NCBI GenBank assembly: GCA_964457415.1 | Contig: CAYWFB010000001.1 | Coordinates: forward strand, 215 to 64,214 | Origin: an uncultured Eubacteriales bacterium | Lineage (GTDB): Bacteria > Bacillota > Clostridia > Oscillospirales > Acutalibacteraceae | Direction of reading: 5' to 3' | DNA: 64,000 nucleotides | Shown here: positions 28,992-38,280 of the stretch, piece by piece | Layout: the number at the start of each line of letters is the position of its first letter | How positions within the stretch are numbered: the stretch's first letter is position 1 | Position numbers and translations under genes: made by a program | The notes under the pieces: model-generated | What the model was told of the DNA's origin: nothing | The model's database searches: none | The model's input: the letters and a program-made list of their open reading frames with translations, nothing else

Positions 28992-31433
28992 ATGGCTCTT
29001 AAACACGCTGACCTTATCGCACAGATGACACTTGAAGAAAAGGCAAGTCTTTGCGATGGTCTTGATTACTGGCACAGCCAACCCGTAGAACGCGTTGGCA
29101 TTAAGTCAATAAGCCTTAACGACGGCCCTCACGGTATCCGTAAAAAAGGTGACCCCGATGACACACCAAAGGGTGAAACAAATCTTTTGAAAGGTGTTCC
29201 TGCAATCTGTTTCCCAACAGCATCTGCAACTGCTTGTTCATGGGACCCCGACCTTATCTACAGAATGGGTGAGGCTCTCGGCGAAGAATGCTTAAAGGAA
29301 AAGGTTTCGGTATTGCTCGGACCCGGCACAAACATCAAGCGTTCTCCTCTTTGCGGAAGAAACTTTGAGTATTTCTCAGAAGACGGCGTGCTTGCAGGCG
29401 AAATGGCAGCAGCATTTATCAACGGTGTTCAGAGCAAGGGTATCGGTACTTCTCTTAAGCACTATGCGGCTAACAATCAGGAAACACGCCGAATGACAGT
29501 GAACGCTGTTGTCGACGAGAGAGCTCTTCGTGAAACATATCTTGTTCCCTTTGAAATTGCAGTTAAAAAGGCTCAACCATGGACTGTTATGAACTCATAT
29601 AACAGACTTAACGGCACTTATGCCGCTGAAAACAAATGGCTCTTAACTGATGTTCTTCGCAATGACTTTGGCTATGAGGGTCTTGTAGTTACTGACTGGG
29701 GTGCAGAGAACCAGAGAGTTCCCGGACTTCTCGCAGGTCAGGAGCTTGAAATGCCCACTTCATCAGGTGAGGGCACTCGTCTTATTGTTGAGGCAGTTCA
29801 GAACGGCACACTCGACGAAGCTATTCTTGACGCTGCTTGCGATAAGCTTATTGAAATGACAAAGAAAGCTGAAAAGGTTCTCGGTAATTATACATACGAC
29901 CCTGTTGAGCATCACAAGCTTGCACGCGAAATCGCAAGTCAGTGTATGGTCCTTATGAAGAATGACGATAATCTTCTTCCTCTTAAGAAAGATGCAAACA
30001 TTGCGGTGATTGGTGAAATGGCAATGAACCCACGCTATCAGGGTGCAGGCTCATCACTTATTAACCCCATAAGCCTTGATTCTGCATACTCAACAATGAT
30101 GGGTATGGGCGTTAAATTCCAGTACGCACAGGGCTACGCAACAAATAAAAAGGGTAGAAAGAGTGACGATACATATATTGCAGAGGCAGTAAATGTTGCC
30201 AAGAATGCGGATGTTGCAGTTCTCTTTATCGGTCTTACAGACGAATTTGAAACAGAGGGTAACGACAGAAAGCACCTCGGAATCCCCCCTCTTCACAACA
30301 AGCTTGTTACTGAGGTTCTTAAGGTTAACAAGAATGTGGTCGTTGTGCTTTCAGGCGGTGCTTCAATTGAAATGCCATGGGCAGATAATGTTCCCGCAAT
30401 TCTCAATATGTTCCTTACAGGTCAGGCAGGCGGAAGTGCAGTTTGCGACGTACTCTTCGGTGACGTTAACCCAAGCGGTAAGCTTTCAGAAACTTACCCA
30501 ATGGCTCTTGAAGACAACTCAAGCTATAACTACTTCCCAGGTACTCCCGTTTCTGTTGAATACAGAGAAAGCGTATATGTTGGTTACAAGTATTATGATA
30601 CAGCAAATAAAGAGGTTCGTTTCCCATTTGGTCATGGTCTTTCGTACACAACATTTGAGTACAGCGACATTAAGGTAAGCGCTGAAAACATTAAGGATAC
30701 TGACACAGTAACAGTTTCTTTCAAGGTTAAGAATACAGGTGCAGTTGACGGCGCTGAGATTGCTCAGCTTTATGTTTCTGACATTGAGAGCACAATTTAC
30801 CGTCCTGTTAAAGAGCTTCGCGGATTTAAGAAGGTATTCTTAAAGGTAGGCGAAGAAACAGAAATCTCAATTGACCTTGATAAGCGCGCATTTGCTTACT
30901 ACAATGTAAAGCTTGGCGACTGGCATGTTGAGAGCGGTGAATTTAAGATTCTTGTAGGTGCATCAAGCCGTGATATTAAGCTTGAAGCAACAGTTAATGT
31001 TGAGTCAACAGTTGAGGCTGAAATCCCCGATTACAAGACAACTGCTCCCTCATACTATGGTGCAAACATTATGAACATCGGTGACGAGGAATTTAAGGCA
31101 GTTTACGGCGCAGAGCTTCCCCCATCACAGAGAGATAAGAGCAAGCCTCTTACAATTCTCAACACACTTGAGGATGCCGCAGACGGCAAGTGGGGCGGAA
31201 GAATCAACAGACTTCTCAAGAAGATGCTCGGTACTGAAACAATGGCAGGTGCAGTAGCACTTCAGACACCTATCAAGAACTTCATTTCAATGAGCTTCAG
31301 CATTTTCAGTCCGCAGATGGCAGAGGGACTTCTCATTATTCTCAATGAAGATAAAATGTGGAAGGGTCTTAAGGTAATTCTTAAGGGCGCACCCAATGCA
31401 ATTAAGAATCTTGGTAAGCTTAAGCAGATTTAA
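28992..31433 (+). CDS. glycoside hydrolase family 3 beta-glucosidase/xylosidase-like
   Basis: NDGPHGIRK, GPG.NIKRSPLCGRNFEYFSEDG, VVTDWGA, and an Fn3-like C-terminal region. Confidence 0.88.
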   Translation: MALKHADLIAQMTLEEKASLCDGLDYWHSQPVERVGIKSISLNDGPHGIRKKGDPDDTPKGETNLLKGVPAICFPTASATACSWDPDLIYRMGEALGEECLKEKVSVLLGPGTNIKRSPLCGRNFEYFSEDGVLAGEMAAAFINGVQSKGIGTSLKHYAANNQETRRMTVNAVVDERALRETYLVPFEIAVKKAQPWTVMNSYNRLNGTYAAENKWLLTDVLRNDFGYEGLVVTDWGAENQRVPGLLAGQELEMPTSSGEGTRLIVEAVQNGTLDEAILDAACDKLIEMTKKAEKVLGNYTYDPVEHHKLAREIASQCMVLMKNDDNLLPLKKDANIAVIGEMAMNPRYQGAGSSLINPISLDSAYSTMMGMGVKFQYAQGYATNKKGRKSDDTYIAEAVNVAKNADVAVLFIGLTDEFETEGNDRKHLGIPPLHNKLVTEVLKVNKNVVVVLSGGASIEMPWADNVPAILNMFLTGQAGGSAVCDVLFGDVNPSGKLSETYPMALEDNSSYNYFPGTPVSVEYRESVYVGYKYYDTANKEVRFPFGHGLSYTTFEYSDIKVSAENIKDTDTVTVSFKVKNTGAVDGAEIAQLYVSDIESTIYRPVKELRGFKKVFLKVGEETEISIDLDKRAFAYYNVKLGDWHVESGEFKILVGASSRDIKLEATVNVESTVEAEIPDYKTTAPSYYGANIMNIGDEEFKAVYGAELPPSQRDKSKPLTILNTLEDAADGKWGGRINRLLKKMLGTETMAGAVALQTPIKNFISMSFSIFSPQMAEGLLIILNEDKMWKGLKVILKGAPNAIKNLGKLKQI

Positions 31434-31570
31434 AATATTAAACTTACATACAAATTCAAAACCTCCCGTATGGGAGGTACTATTACATTAGATATTACAA
31501 CGATTTATTTAAAATAACTGAAAAATAATTCAACGGCGGGGTATAAAATACCTCGCCGCATTTTGTATTT

Positions 31571-32578
31571 TTATAGAAGAACTATTCCGTTCTCTGCACA
31601 GATTTTCCGGGTTTGTTCGTCCCAGAGAGAAACTTGAACTTCGCCGATGTGGGCTTTGCCGAGAAGTAGCATTGAAAGTCTTGACTGACCGATACCGCCA
31701 CCGATTGTGAGAGGTAATTTGCCCTCTAAAAGCTCTTTATGGAAAGGAAGATTTCTTCTTTCATCCTTGCCTGAAATTCTCAACTGCTCGTCAAGGCTCT
31801 TTTCGTCAACACGGATACCCATTGATGAGATTTCAAATGCACAATCAAGCACATCGTTCCAGAAAAGAATGTCGCCGTTAAGTGACCAGTCGTCATAGTC
31901 AGGTGCGCGGTGGTCATGGGATTTGCCTGACTTGAGCGCACAACCGATTTTCATAATGAAAACTGTTTTATGCTCTTTTACAAAAAGATTTTCGCGCTCT
32001 TTGGGGGTTTTATCGGGATACATATCCTCAAGCTCTTGTGAAGTGATGAATGTCACATTCTTTTCAAGCTGAACATTAAGCTGGGGATAAACACATTTAA
32101 GAAAATCGAGAGTTTCACAAATTGCATTTACAATGCTTTTCACAACCGCTTTGAGATAATCTTCATTGCGGTTTTCTTTTGTGATAATCTTTTCCCAGTC
32201 CCACTGGTCCGTGTAAATTGAATGGAGATTATCCATTTCTTCGTCACGGCGGATAGCGTTCATATCAGTATAAAGCCCCTCACCTGCCGAAAAGCCGTAG
32301 GTACGAAGTGCCATTCTCTTCCACTTTGCAAGGGAGTGAACAATTGCCGCGTCCTTGCCCGTTTCTTTAACCTCAAAGGTAACTGCACGCTCAACACCGC
32401 TCAAATCGTCATTCATACCTGTTGCGGGGTCAACGAAAATGGGCGCAGAAACTCGCTTGAGATTAAGTGCGGGACACAATTTATCTTCAAATATTCTTTT
32501 TAACATTCCGATGGCTTTTTGAGTTTCATACATACTCAAAACTGATTTGTAACCCTCGGGAACTATGACTTTGCTCAT
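31571..32578 (-). CDS. asnA: aspartate--ammonia ligase
   Basis: 335 aa, AsnA-type class II synthetase-like fold (LSMLLLGKAHIGEVQ at the C-terminus). Confidence 0.9.
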   Translation of the reverse strand: MSKVIVPEGYKSVLSMYETQKAIGMLKRIFEDKLCPALNLKRVSAPIFVDPATGMNDDLSGVERAVTFEVKETGKDAAIVHSLAKWKRMALRTYGFSAGEGLYTDMNAIRRDEEMDNLHSIYTDQWDWEKIITKENRNEDYLKAVVKSIVNAICETLDFLKCVYPQLNVQLEKNVTFITSQELEDMYPDKTPKERENLFVKEHKTVFIMKIGCALKSGKSHDHRAPDYDDWSLNGDILFWNDVLDCAFEISSMGIRVDEKSLDEQLRISGKDERRNLPFHKELLEGKLPLTIGGGIGQSRLSMLLLGKAHIGEVQVSLWDEQTRKICAENGIVLL

Positions 32579-32593
32579 TGAAATCGCCTCAAA

Positions 32594-33970
32594 TTAAAGA
32601 TTACCTACTGTTCTTGGGAACATAATTGCGTCGCGGATGTTCTGAACGCCTGTGATGTACATAAGCATTCTTTCAAAACCAAGACCGAAACCACTGTGCG
32701 GAACACTACCGAATTTTCTTGTATCGATATATTCCTGATATGCTTCAATCGGCATACCCTTTTTCTGCATTGCATTAAGAAGCTTCTGTAAATCTGCTTC
32801 TCTTTCGCTGCAACCGATAATTTCGCCGATACCGGGAACAAGAAGGTCAGTTGCTGCAACGGTTTTGCCGTCGTCATTTTGCTTCATATAGAACGACTTG
32901 ATGTCTGCGGGATAGTTATAAACGAAAACAGGTCTCTTGAAATATTCGTCAGCAAGATATTTTTCGTGCTCTGTTGCCAAATCGCAACCCCACTCAACTT
33001 TGTACTCAAAGTTTTTGCCTGATTTAAGAAGAATATCAATCGCGTCAGTATAAGTTACCTTTGCGAAATCGTTATTTATAACTGTTTGAAGCTTTTCGAT
33101 AACTCCCTTTTCAACCCACTGATTGAAGAATTCCATTTCATCAGGGCAGTTATCGAGAATGTCTTTAATGATGTGCTTTATGAAATCCTCTGCGATTTCG
33201 ATAATATCCTGCAAATCACAGAAGCAAACCTCGGGCTCAACATGCCAGAATTCTGCGGCGTGACGGGTTGTGTTACTGTTTTCTGCGCGGAATGTGGGAC
33301 CGAATGTGTAAATTCTGCCAAGACCCATTGCCGCCATTTCGCCCTCAAGCTGTGCAGAAACGGTGAGGCCTGCCTTTTTGCCGAAGAAATCGTTTGCGTA
33401 GTATTCCTCTTCACTCTCATACTCTGTTTTAAAGGGATGAGTTGTAACGCGGAACATCTCGCCTGCGCCCTCACAATCACTACCTGTGAGAATTGGAGCG
33501 TGAACATATTTATAGCCGTTATTGTGGAAATAGTTATGAATTGCAATGGAGAGCTGATGACGGATTGCCATTACTGCCTCAAAATATCTTGTGCGGACAC
33601 GAAGATGGGGAATTGTTCTTAAGAATTCCATTGAGTGACGCTTTTTCTGCAAGGGGAAATCTGATGGGCAAGAGCCGAGAACCTGAACCTCTGTAAGCTC
33701 GATTTCGTAGCCGTTACGCTCTGATGCAACGAGAGTACCCTCAACCTTTAAAGCAGTACCAACAGGCATAAAGGATTTAACCTGCTCGTCACTAAACTTT
33801 TCTTTATCGGCAACAAGCTGAATACTTCTAAAGCTTGTGCCGTCATTAAGCTCTGCAAACGCAACATTTTTAGAATCACGCGCAGTTCTTACCCAACCGC
33901 AAACTGTAACACTCTGGTTAACATATTTTTCGCCGTTTGCAAAAAGCTCCTTAATATCTGTATGTTTCAT
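32594..33970 (-). CDS. asnS: asparagine--tRNA ligase
   Basis: OB-fold N-terminus and class IIb motifs (FRAENS.T.RH..EF and GFGLGFERM). Confidence 0.95.
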   Translation of the reverse strand: MKHTDIKELFANGEKYVNQSVTVCGWVRTARDSKNVAFAELNDGTSFRSIQLVADKEKFSDEQVKSFMPVGTALKVEGTLVASERNGYEIELTEVQVLGSCPSDFPLQKKRHSMEFLRTIPHLRVRTRYFEAVMAIRHQLSIAIHNYFHNNGYKYVHAPILTGSDCEGAGEMFRVTTHPFKTEYESEEEYYANDFFGKKAGLTVSAQLEGEMAAMGLGRIYTFGPTFRAENSNTTRHAAEFWHVEPEVCFCDLQDIIEIAEDFIKHIIKDILDNCPDEMEFFNQWVEKGVIEKLQTVINNDFAKVTYTDAIDILLKSGKNFEYKVEWGCDLATEHEKYLADEYFKRPVFVYNYPADIKSFYMKQNDDGKTVAATDLLVPGIGEIIGCSEREADLQKLLNAMQKKGMPIEAYQEYIDTRKFGSVPHSGFGLGFERMLMYITGVQNIRDAIMFPRTVGNL

Positions 33971-34030
33971 TTGAACATCGCCTCCAAAAGCAATATTTCG
34001 CTATTATAATATTATTTATATATACAGAAT

Positions 34031-34059
34031 ATTTTATTCTTTTTGAGTGTATAAGTCAA
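34031..34059 (-). promoter_or_regulatory. sigma-A-type promoter of asnS-asnA
   Basis: Minus strand: TTGACT (34059-34054), 17-nt spacer, TAAAAT (34036-34031). About 60 nt upstream of the asnS ATG. Confidence 0.6.
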
Positions 34060-34083
34060 TATTTTTTTGGAAAATAACAAACA

Positions 34084-34164
34084 TTGTAGGGGTCGGCGTC
34101 CTCGACGACCCTAAATAAAATCGCAATTAAACTGCAAAGGGTCGTCGAGGTCGCCGACCCCTAC
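34084..34164. repeat. pair of inverted REP-like elements (GTAG + GC hairpin), 27/28 matching arms, 25-bp spacer
   Basis: tgtaggggtcggcgtcctcgacgaccct (34084-34111) against the reverse complement of agggtcgtcgaggtcgccgacccctaca (34137-34164). Confidence 0.8.
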
Positions 34165-34207
34165 AAAATTACCATATTAGTGCCATATAAAATACTACTT
34201 ATTTACC

Positions 34208-34264
34208 CCCCTCAGTCATTTTCTGCAAAAATTTCGGCTCCCCCTCAAGAGTGGAGCCGAAATT
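34208..34264 (-). repeat. 57-bp module of the GC-rich repeat family (copy B), terminator-like, downstream of the ABC permease gene
   Basis: Identical over 57 bp to 38216-38272. Contains a perfect 12-bp stem aatttcggctcc/ggagccgaaatt, followed on the minus strand by TTTTG. Confidence 0.8.
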
Positions 34265-34272
34265 GGGAGAAC

Positions 34273-36777
34273 TTATTTTAATACTGATACATTCGCTTCA
34301 GGGAGATAGTAGCATACAATGGGTCCTTCTTCATAGACCACATAAACATATCTGCCGTTGTCGCCTGAAGTCATAAACTGTGAAACTGATTTTTCGGCAA
34401 TTGCCTCTGCTTTTGCGGTGTCAGTAACACTTGTCAAGGGGTGACCTGCGTCTTTATATACTCGTTTAAGAATATCAATATCAATATTTGATATTTGTTC
34501 ATTGTTGATAAATGAGCTTGTAGCTTCAAATGTGTACCAAATCAATTCACCGCTTGTAAAGGTTACATCTTTAATTGTATCGTAAATCCAATAATGATAA
34601 CCGCTTCTCTCGTCATAGGTATCTTCATTTGCCTTATAGAATTTCTGCAAGGCTTCACCGATTTCAAGAGGACTATCTGTATAAAGCACCTCTTTAACCG
34701 TTAATTGAGGGTCATTTGCTACATAGCCGTTATCTTTAAGGAATGCCAAGGTTTCGGTCATATCGACATAAACGGGGATACCGTCATATACAAGTGCATA
34801 TTCACTCGTGATTTCCATAACACTATTGGGAGTGAGTTTAGTATCATCCTGCATACATTCGGCACCCATAAAATCGCTACCGCCCATTGCCAAGATACCG
34901 AGGGGCTTTTCTTTTCTTTCAAAAAGCTGTTCATAAGTCATTTTTGTAAGGTCATTGTAAAGAGCCTTGCAAAGTGCTTCTGTATCTTCTACCCATTCAA
35001 CCTTAGGAACGTTGGTTGTTTCAGGAACACTTTCTTCACTGTACTGAATTTTTTCCTCTTTAAGCTCATATACACCTGTGTTTGAAATGAATGACCATGG
35101 TTTTGTTTTAAGATAGCCTGCGGAACTGTTTGTGTCGCCAGCATAATAAATATTACCATATTCATCGTAATATTCGACCATTTCATCCGTTTCAACTTCG
35201 GGTGGGTCGTTTATGAGATATTCCTTTAAAATCTCATCAAAGAAATCTGAACCATAAACTGCTTTGAGATATTCAACATAAAGTTCTTCTGACTGAATGT
35301 AGAAATGACGGTATTTAAGTTCATTGTTATTATCGCGGAATGCAAAGGTAACACCTGAAAAGCTATCTTCACCATACTGAACTTTTTCGTCCTTAATCTT
35401 ATTGAAAAGTCCGATAATTGCTTCTTTTGCATTATCGCTTGTTCCCTCAACAAAATCCTCGTCAGCATCATATGCATAAAGATAGTGCACATAAGGGTCA
35501 AGTGCATAAGCATCAATTGAAACGCTCTTGATTTCTGACTTGTCGGGAGTTTTATTGAATATACCAAAAAATCCTGAAACAACAACTGCCAAAAATACTG
35601 CGGTAACGCTGACAAGTACACCGTACCATTTAAGAGATTTGAATGTGGTTTTGAGCTTTCTTGTCATTATAAGCTGAAGCACAAAATATGCAACAAGACC
35701 TGCAACCGCAAGGATAATAAAATACGCAAGCGGGCTGATTGTATCGTAACACATTTCGCAAATCAAATATGCCATTAACAAGAATACAAATGTTGTATTG
35801 ATTGCTCTTGAAATTGCAAAGTGACCGAATGAATTTGCGTGTTCTGCCTTGCGAGCTTTGTAAAGAACATAGCCGATAGCGATAAGCACAACTGAAATTG
35901 CGAGCCACACAAGAATGGGGGTGATAAAGCCCCAATCTACCTTTGCGGTATCCGGAATTACATATTTATCGGCATCAACACCGCCGCGGTCTAAAAGTCC
36001 GAGAAGCGTTAAGGCACTTCTGGTTTCCTCATAACCGTACATATTTATCACGGTTTCTGTACTTGCAGAGCTCATCATATGATAAGGGCTGACAAGTCCG
36101 AGCCACCAAAAAATTGAAGAAACATTTACATATCCCTTAAGGAAGTTTCTGAGAATACTTTCGCCTGCTGTAACTGCAAGAATAGGGATAAATGATGCGG
36201 AAAGTGCAGTAAGAGCAACCTCAAAAACATTGCCGCCAATCATTGTAGCCATTGCGCCGATTGCAAAGCCGGCAAGTCCGCTGACAAAGAACATTGAAAC
36301 TGCATATAAGAAGATTTGTGTGGCGTGTGCCGCGTAGTCAAATGTCGTAATATTCACAATGTAAATAATTAACATAGGAATAAGAACAGCAACAAAAAGT
36401 GATATAATGCCTGCAAGTATTCTGTTAATGAACATTGTTTTTCTGTTCACGCCAAGGCTGAAAAATACATTTACCTGCTTTTTAGAAAGCATATAATAAA
36501 ATGATTTTATTGCTGTCATCATTCCGCAGAGCACCATTCCAATAGGGAAAAGTGAAAATAAATCACTACCAAGCGAATTACGAGCCACGAACATTGAAAC
36601 TTCTTCGTGTTCCATTACCACAAGGAATTCTTCGCTTGTCACATAAGAAATAACGGGGAAAGTAAATGCAATAAGCAATACAACCAATGCAATTGCGGGG
36701 AAAAGAATTGAGCCCAGCAGACTTCGTTTGAAATCGTTAAGATTTACATTATTTTTCAAAGATTTTTGTGACGTCAT
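34273..36777 (-). CDS. large ABC-2-type permease-like membrane protein with ~430-aa extracytoplasmic C-terminal domain
   Basis: 834 aa. About 10 hydrophobic helices in the first ~400 aa. Overlaps the upstream ABC ATPase gene by 29 nt. Confidence 0.55.
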   Translation of the reverse strand: MTSQKSLKNNVNLNDFKRSLLGSILFPAIALVVLLIAFTFPVISYVTSEEFLVVMEHEEVSMFVARNSLGSDLFSLFPIGMVLCGMMTAIKSFYYMLSKKQVNVFFSLGVNRKTMFINRILAGIISLFVAVLIPMLIIYIVNITTFDYAAHATQIFLYAVSMFFVSGLAGFAIGAMATMIGGNVFEVALTALSASFIPILAVTAGESILRNFLKGYVNVSSIFWWLGLVSPYHMMSSASTETVINMYGYEETRSALTLLGLLDRGGVDADKYVIPDTAKVDWGFITPILVWLAISVVLIAIGYVLYKARKAEHANSFGHFAISRAINTTFVFLLMAYLICEMCYDTISPLAYFIILAVAGLVAYFVLQLIMTRKLKTTFKSLKWYGVLVSVTAVFLAVVVSGFFGIFNKTPDKSEIKSVSIDAYALDPYVHYLYAYDADEDFVEGTSDNAKEAIIGLFNKIKDEKVQYGEDSFSGVTFAFRDNNNELKYRHFYIQSEELYVEYLKAVYGSDFFDEILKEYLINDPPEVETDEMVEYYDEYGNIYYAGDTNSSAGYLKTKPWSFISNTGVYELKEEKIQYSEESVPETTNVPKVEWVEDTEALCKALYNDLTKMTYEQLFERKEKPLGILAMGGSDFMGAECMQDDTKLTPNSVMEITSEYALVYDGIPVYVDMTETLAFLKDNGYVANDPQLTVKEVLYTDSPLEIGEALQKFYKANEDTYDERSGYHYWIYDTIKDVTFTSGELIWYTFEATSSFINNEQISNIDIDILKRVYKDAGHPLTSVTDTAKAEAIAEKSVSQFMTSGDNGRYVYVVYEEGPIVCYYLPEANVSVLK

Positions 36778-37651
36778 ACTTCTTATCCTCCATTTCGTTT
36801 AAGAATACCTCTTCCATTGTGAGCTGATACTCGTCGATTGCGATTGGAAGAAGTGCGTTGAGCTTCTGCTTTTCTTCGGCGGTTGTTTTATCAAATATAA
36901 TCATTGCAACCTTGCCGTCGATATCAAGAGATTTATACTTGATTCCTCTGAAATCGAATTCACTGATATCACGGTCAAAAATAAGACGGAATTTGCTGTA
37001 ATTCTTGGAAATATCATAAACCGAGCAATCCATTGTAAGCTTTTTGCCGTTAATAAGTCCTACATTGTCGCAAAGGTCAGAAAGCTCCGACAAGTTGTGC
37101 GATGAGATTATGAGTGAGCACTCGCTCTCTGCCACATACTCGATAAATAATTTCTTTGTAATCTCTTTCTTCTGCGGGTCAAGACCGTCAAAGGTTTCGT
37201 CAAGCAACATAAATCGGGGATGTGACGCCAATGCTAAAATAATCTCGGTCTGTCTTTGCATACCCTTTGAAAATCCACGGATTTTCTTCTTTTCGTCAAG
37301 TCCGAAAACCTCAACAAGATTATTGAGTGTTTTAAAGCTGAAATTGGGGTAATAATCAGCATAAAACCTTGCCATTGACTTGATTGTAGCATTCATTGGG
37401 AAATAAAGGTCATCGGGAATATAGAACATTTCTCTGCGGATGTCAGCGTTATCAAAGGTGGGAATACCGTCCATAAGCACTTCGCCGCCCTCTGCCTTAT
37501 AAATGCCTGCTGCAGTTTTTAAAAGTGTGGTTTTACCTGCGCCGTTGTAGCCGATAAGGCCGTATATACTTGAGGGCTCTACTTTGAAAGAAATGTCCTC
37601 AACGGCTGTGAAATCGCCGAATTTTTTAGTAACATTCTTAAATTCAATCAT
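36749..37651 (-). CDS. ABC transporter ATP-binding protein
   Basis: Walker A GYNGAGKTT, signature FSKGMQRQ, Walker B FMLLDETFDGLD. Start at M10 of the track ORF. Confidence 0.9.
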   Translation of the reverse strand: MIEFKNVTKKFGDFTAVEDISFKVEPSSIYGLIGYNGAGKTTLLKTAAGIYKAEGGEVLMDGIPTFDNADIRREMFYIPDDLYFPMNATIKSMARFYADYYPNFSFKTLNNLVEVFGLDEKKKIRGFSKGMQRQTEIILALASHPRFMLLDETFDGLDPQKKEITKKLFIEYVAESECSLIISSHNLSELSDLCDNVGLINGKKLTMDCSVYDISKNYSKFRLIFDRDISEFDFRGIKYKSLDIDGKVAMIIFDKTTAEEKQKLNALLPIAIDEYQLTMEEVFLNEMEDKKYDVTKIFEK

Positions 37652-38024
37652 TATTTTCAGCTCCTTTGAAAATATCATTGACCAGCTTTAAGACTTGTTC
37701 ACGGTCAGCACCCATATTTTTGGCATTGACAAGTGAAGCCTTTAATGAATCTAAAGACTGTTCAAGATAAATGTTTTGAGATTTGGTATCACCGCTAACG
37801 AATACGCCTTTTCCTGCAATTGTGTAAATTATGCCCTCGTTTTCTAACTCCGATAATGCGCGCTTTACGGTGTTGATATTAAGGCTTAATTGTGCAGAAA
37901 GCTGTCTTAAAGACGGTAGCCGGTCGTCTTTTTTCAGCACTCCCCTTTGAATATCAAGAACAATTTGTTCTTTAATCTGTTCATAGATGGGAGTTCTTGA
38001 ATGGTAATCAAGAAAAATATTCAC
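37644..38024 (-). CDS. GntR-family (YtrA-subfamily) transcriptional regulator
   Basis: 126 aa. LPSLRQLSAQLSLNINTVKRALSELE. GTG start with AGGAGGTG RBS. Confidence 0.85.
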   Translation of the reverse strand: MNIFLDYHSRTPIYEQIKEQIVLDIQRGVLKKDDRLPSLRQLSAQLSLNINTVKRALSELENEGIIYTIAGKGVFVSGDTKSQNIYLEQSLDSLKASLVNAKNMGADREQVLKLVNDIFKGAENND

Positions 38025-38043
38025 GGTGTTTCACCTCCTGTTC

Positions 38044-38109
38044 ACTGTGCTAACTGTGCTATTTCAATTAGCACAGTTTGATAATACAGTATATTTTTCC
38101 AATTGTCAA
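38044..38109 (-). promoter_or_regulatory. promoter plus YtrA-type operator of the GntR-ABC operon
   Basis: Minus strand: TTGACA (38109-38104), 17-nt spacer, TATTAT (38086-38081). Then a perfect inverted repeat ACTGTGCTA/TAGCACAGT (38053-38061 / 38069-38077) and an extra tandem half-site at 38044-38052. Confidence 0.65.
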
Positions 38110-38161
38110 TAGGTTTTTTGAGAATTTATTTTTTCTTAAAGAAATCTTAAAAATAAAAATA

Positions 38162-38272
38162 GCCTTCCACCGCCGAGGGGAAGGTGCCGAGGAACGAGGC
38201 GGAAGGGGGATTTAACCCCTCAGTCATTTTCTGCAAAAATTTCGGCTCCCCCTCAAGAGTGGAGCCGAAATT
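38162..38272 (-). repeat. GC-rich three-hairpin repeat element, copy C (downstream of the GH51 gene)
   Basis: gccttccaccgccgaggggaagg... collinear with copy A. The last 57 bp are identical to copy B. Confidence 0.8.
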
Positions 38273-38280
38273 TTTGTTTA

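Noticed and set aside
33971-34083. T-box or other riboswitch leader upstream of asnS
   Set aside because: The distance from the predicted -10 to the ATG is only about 60 nt. There is no specifier or antiterminator-sized structure.
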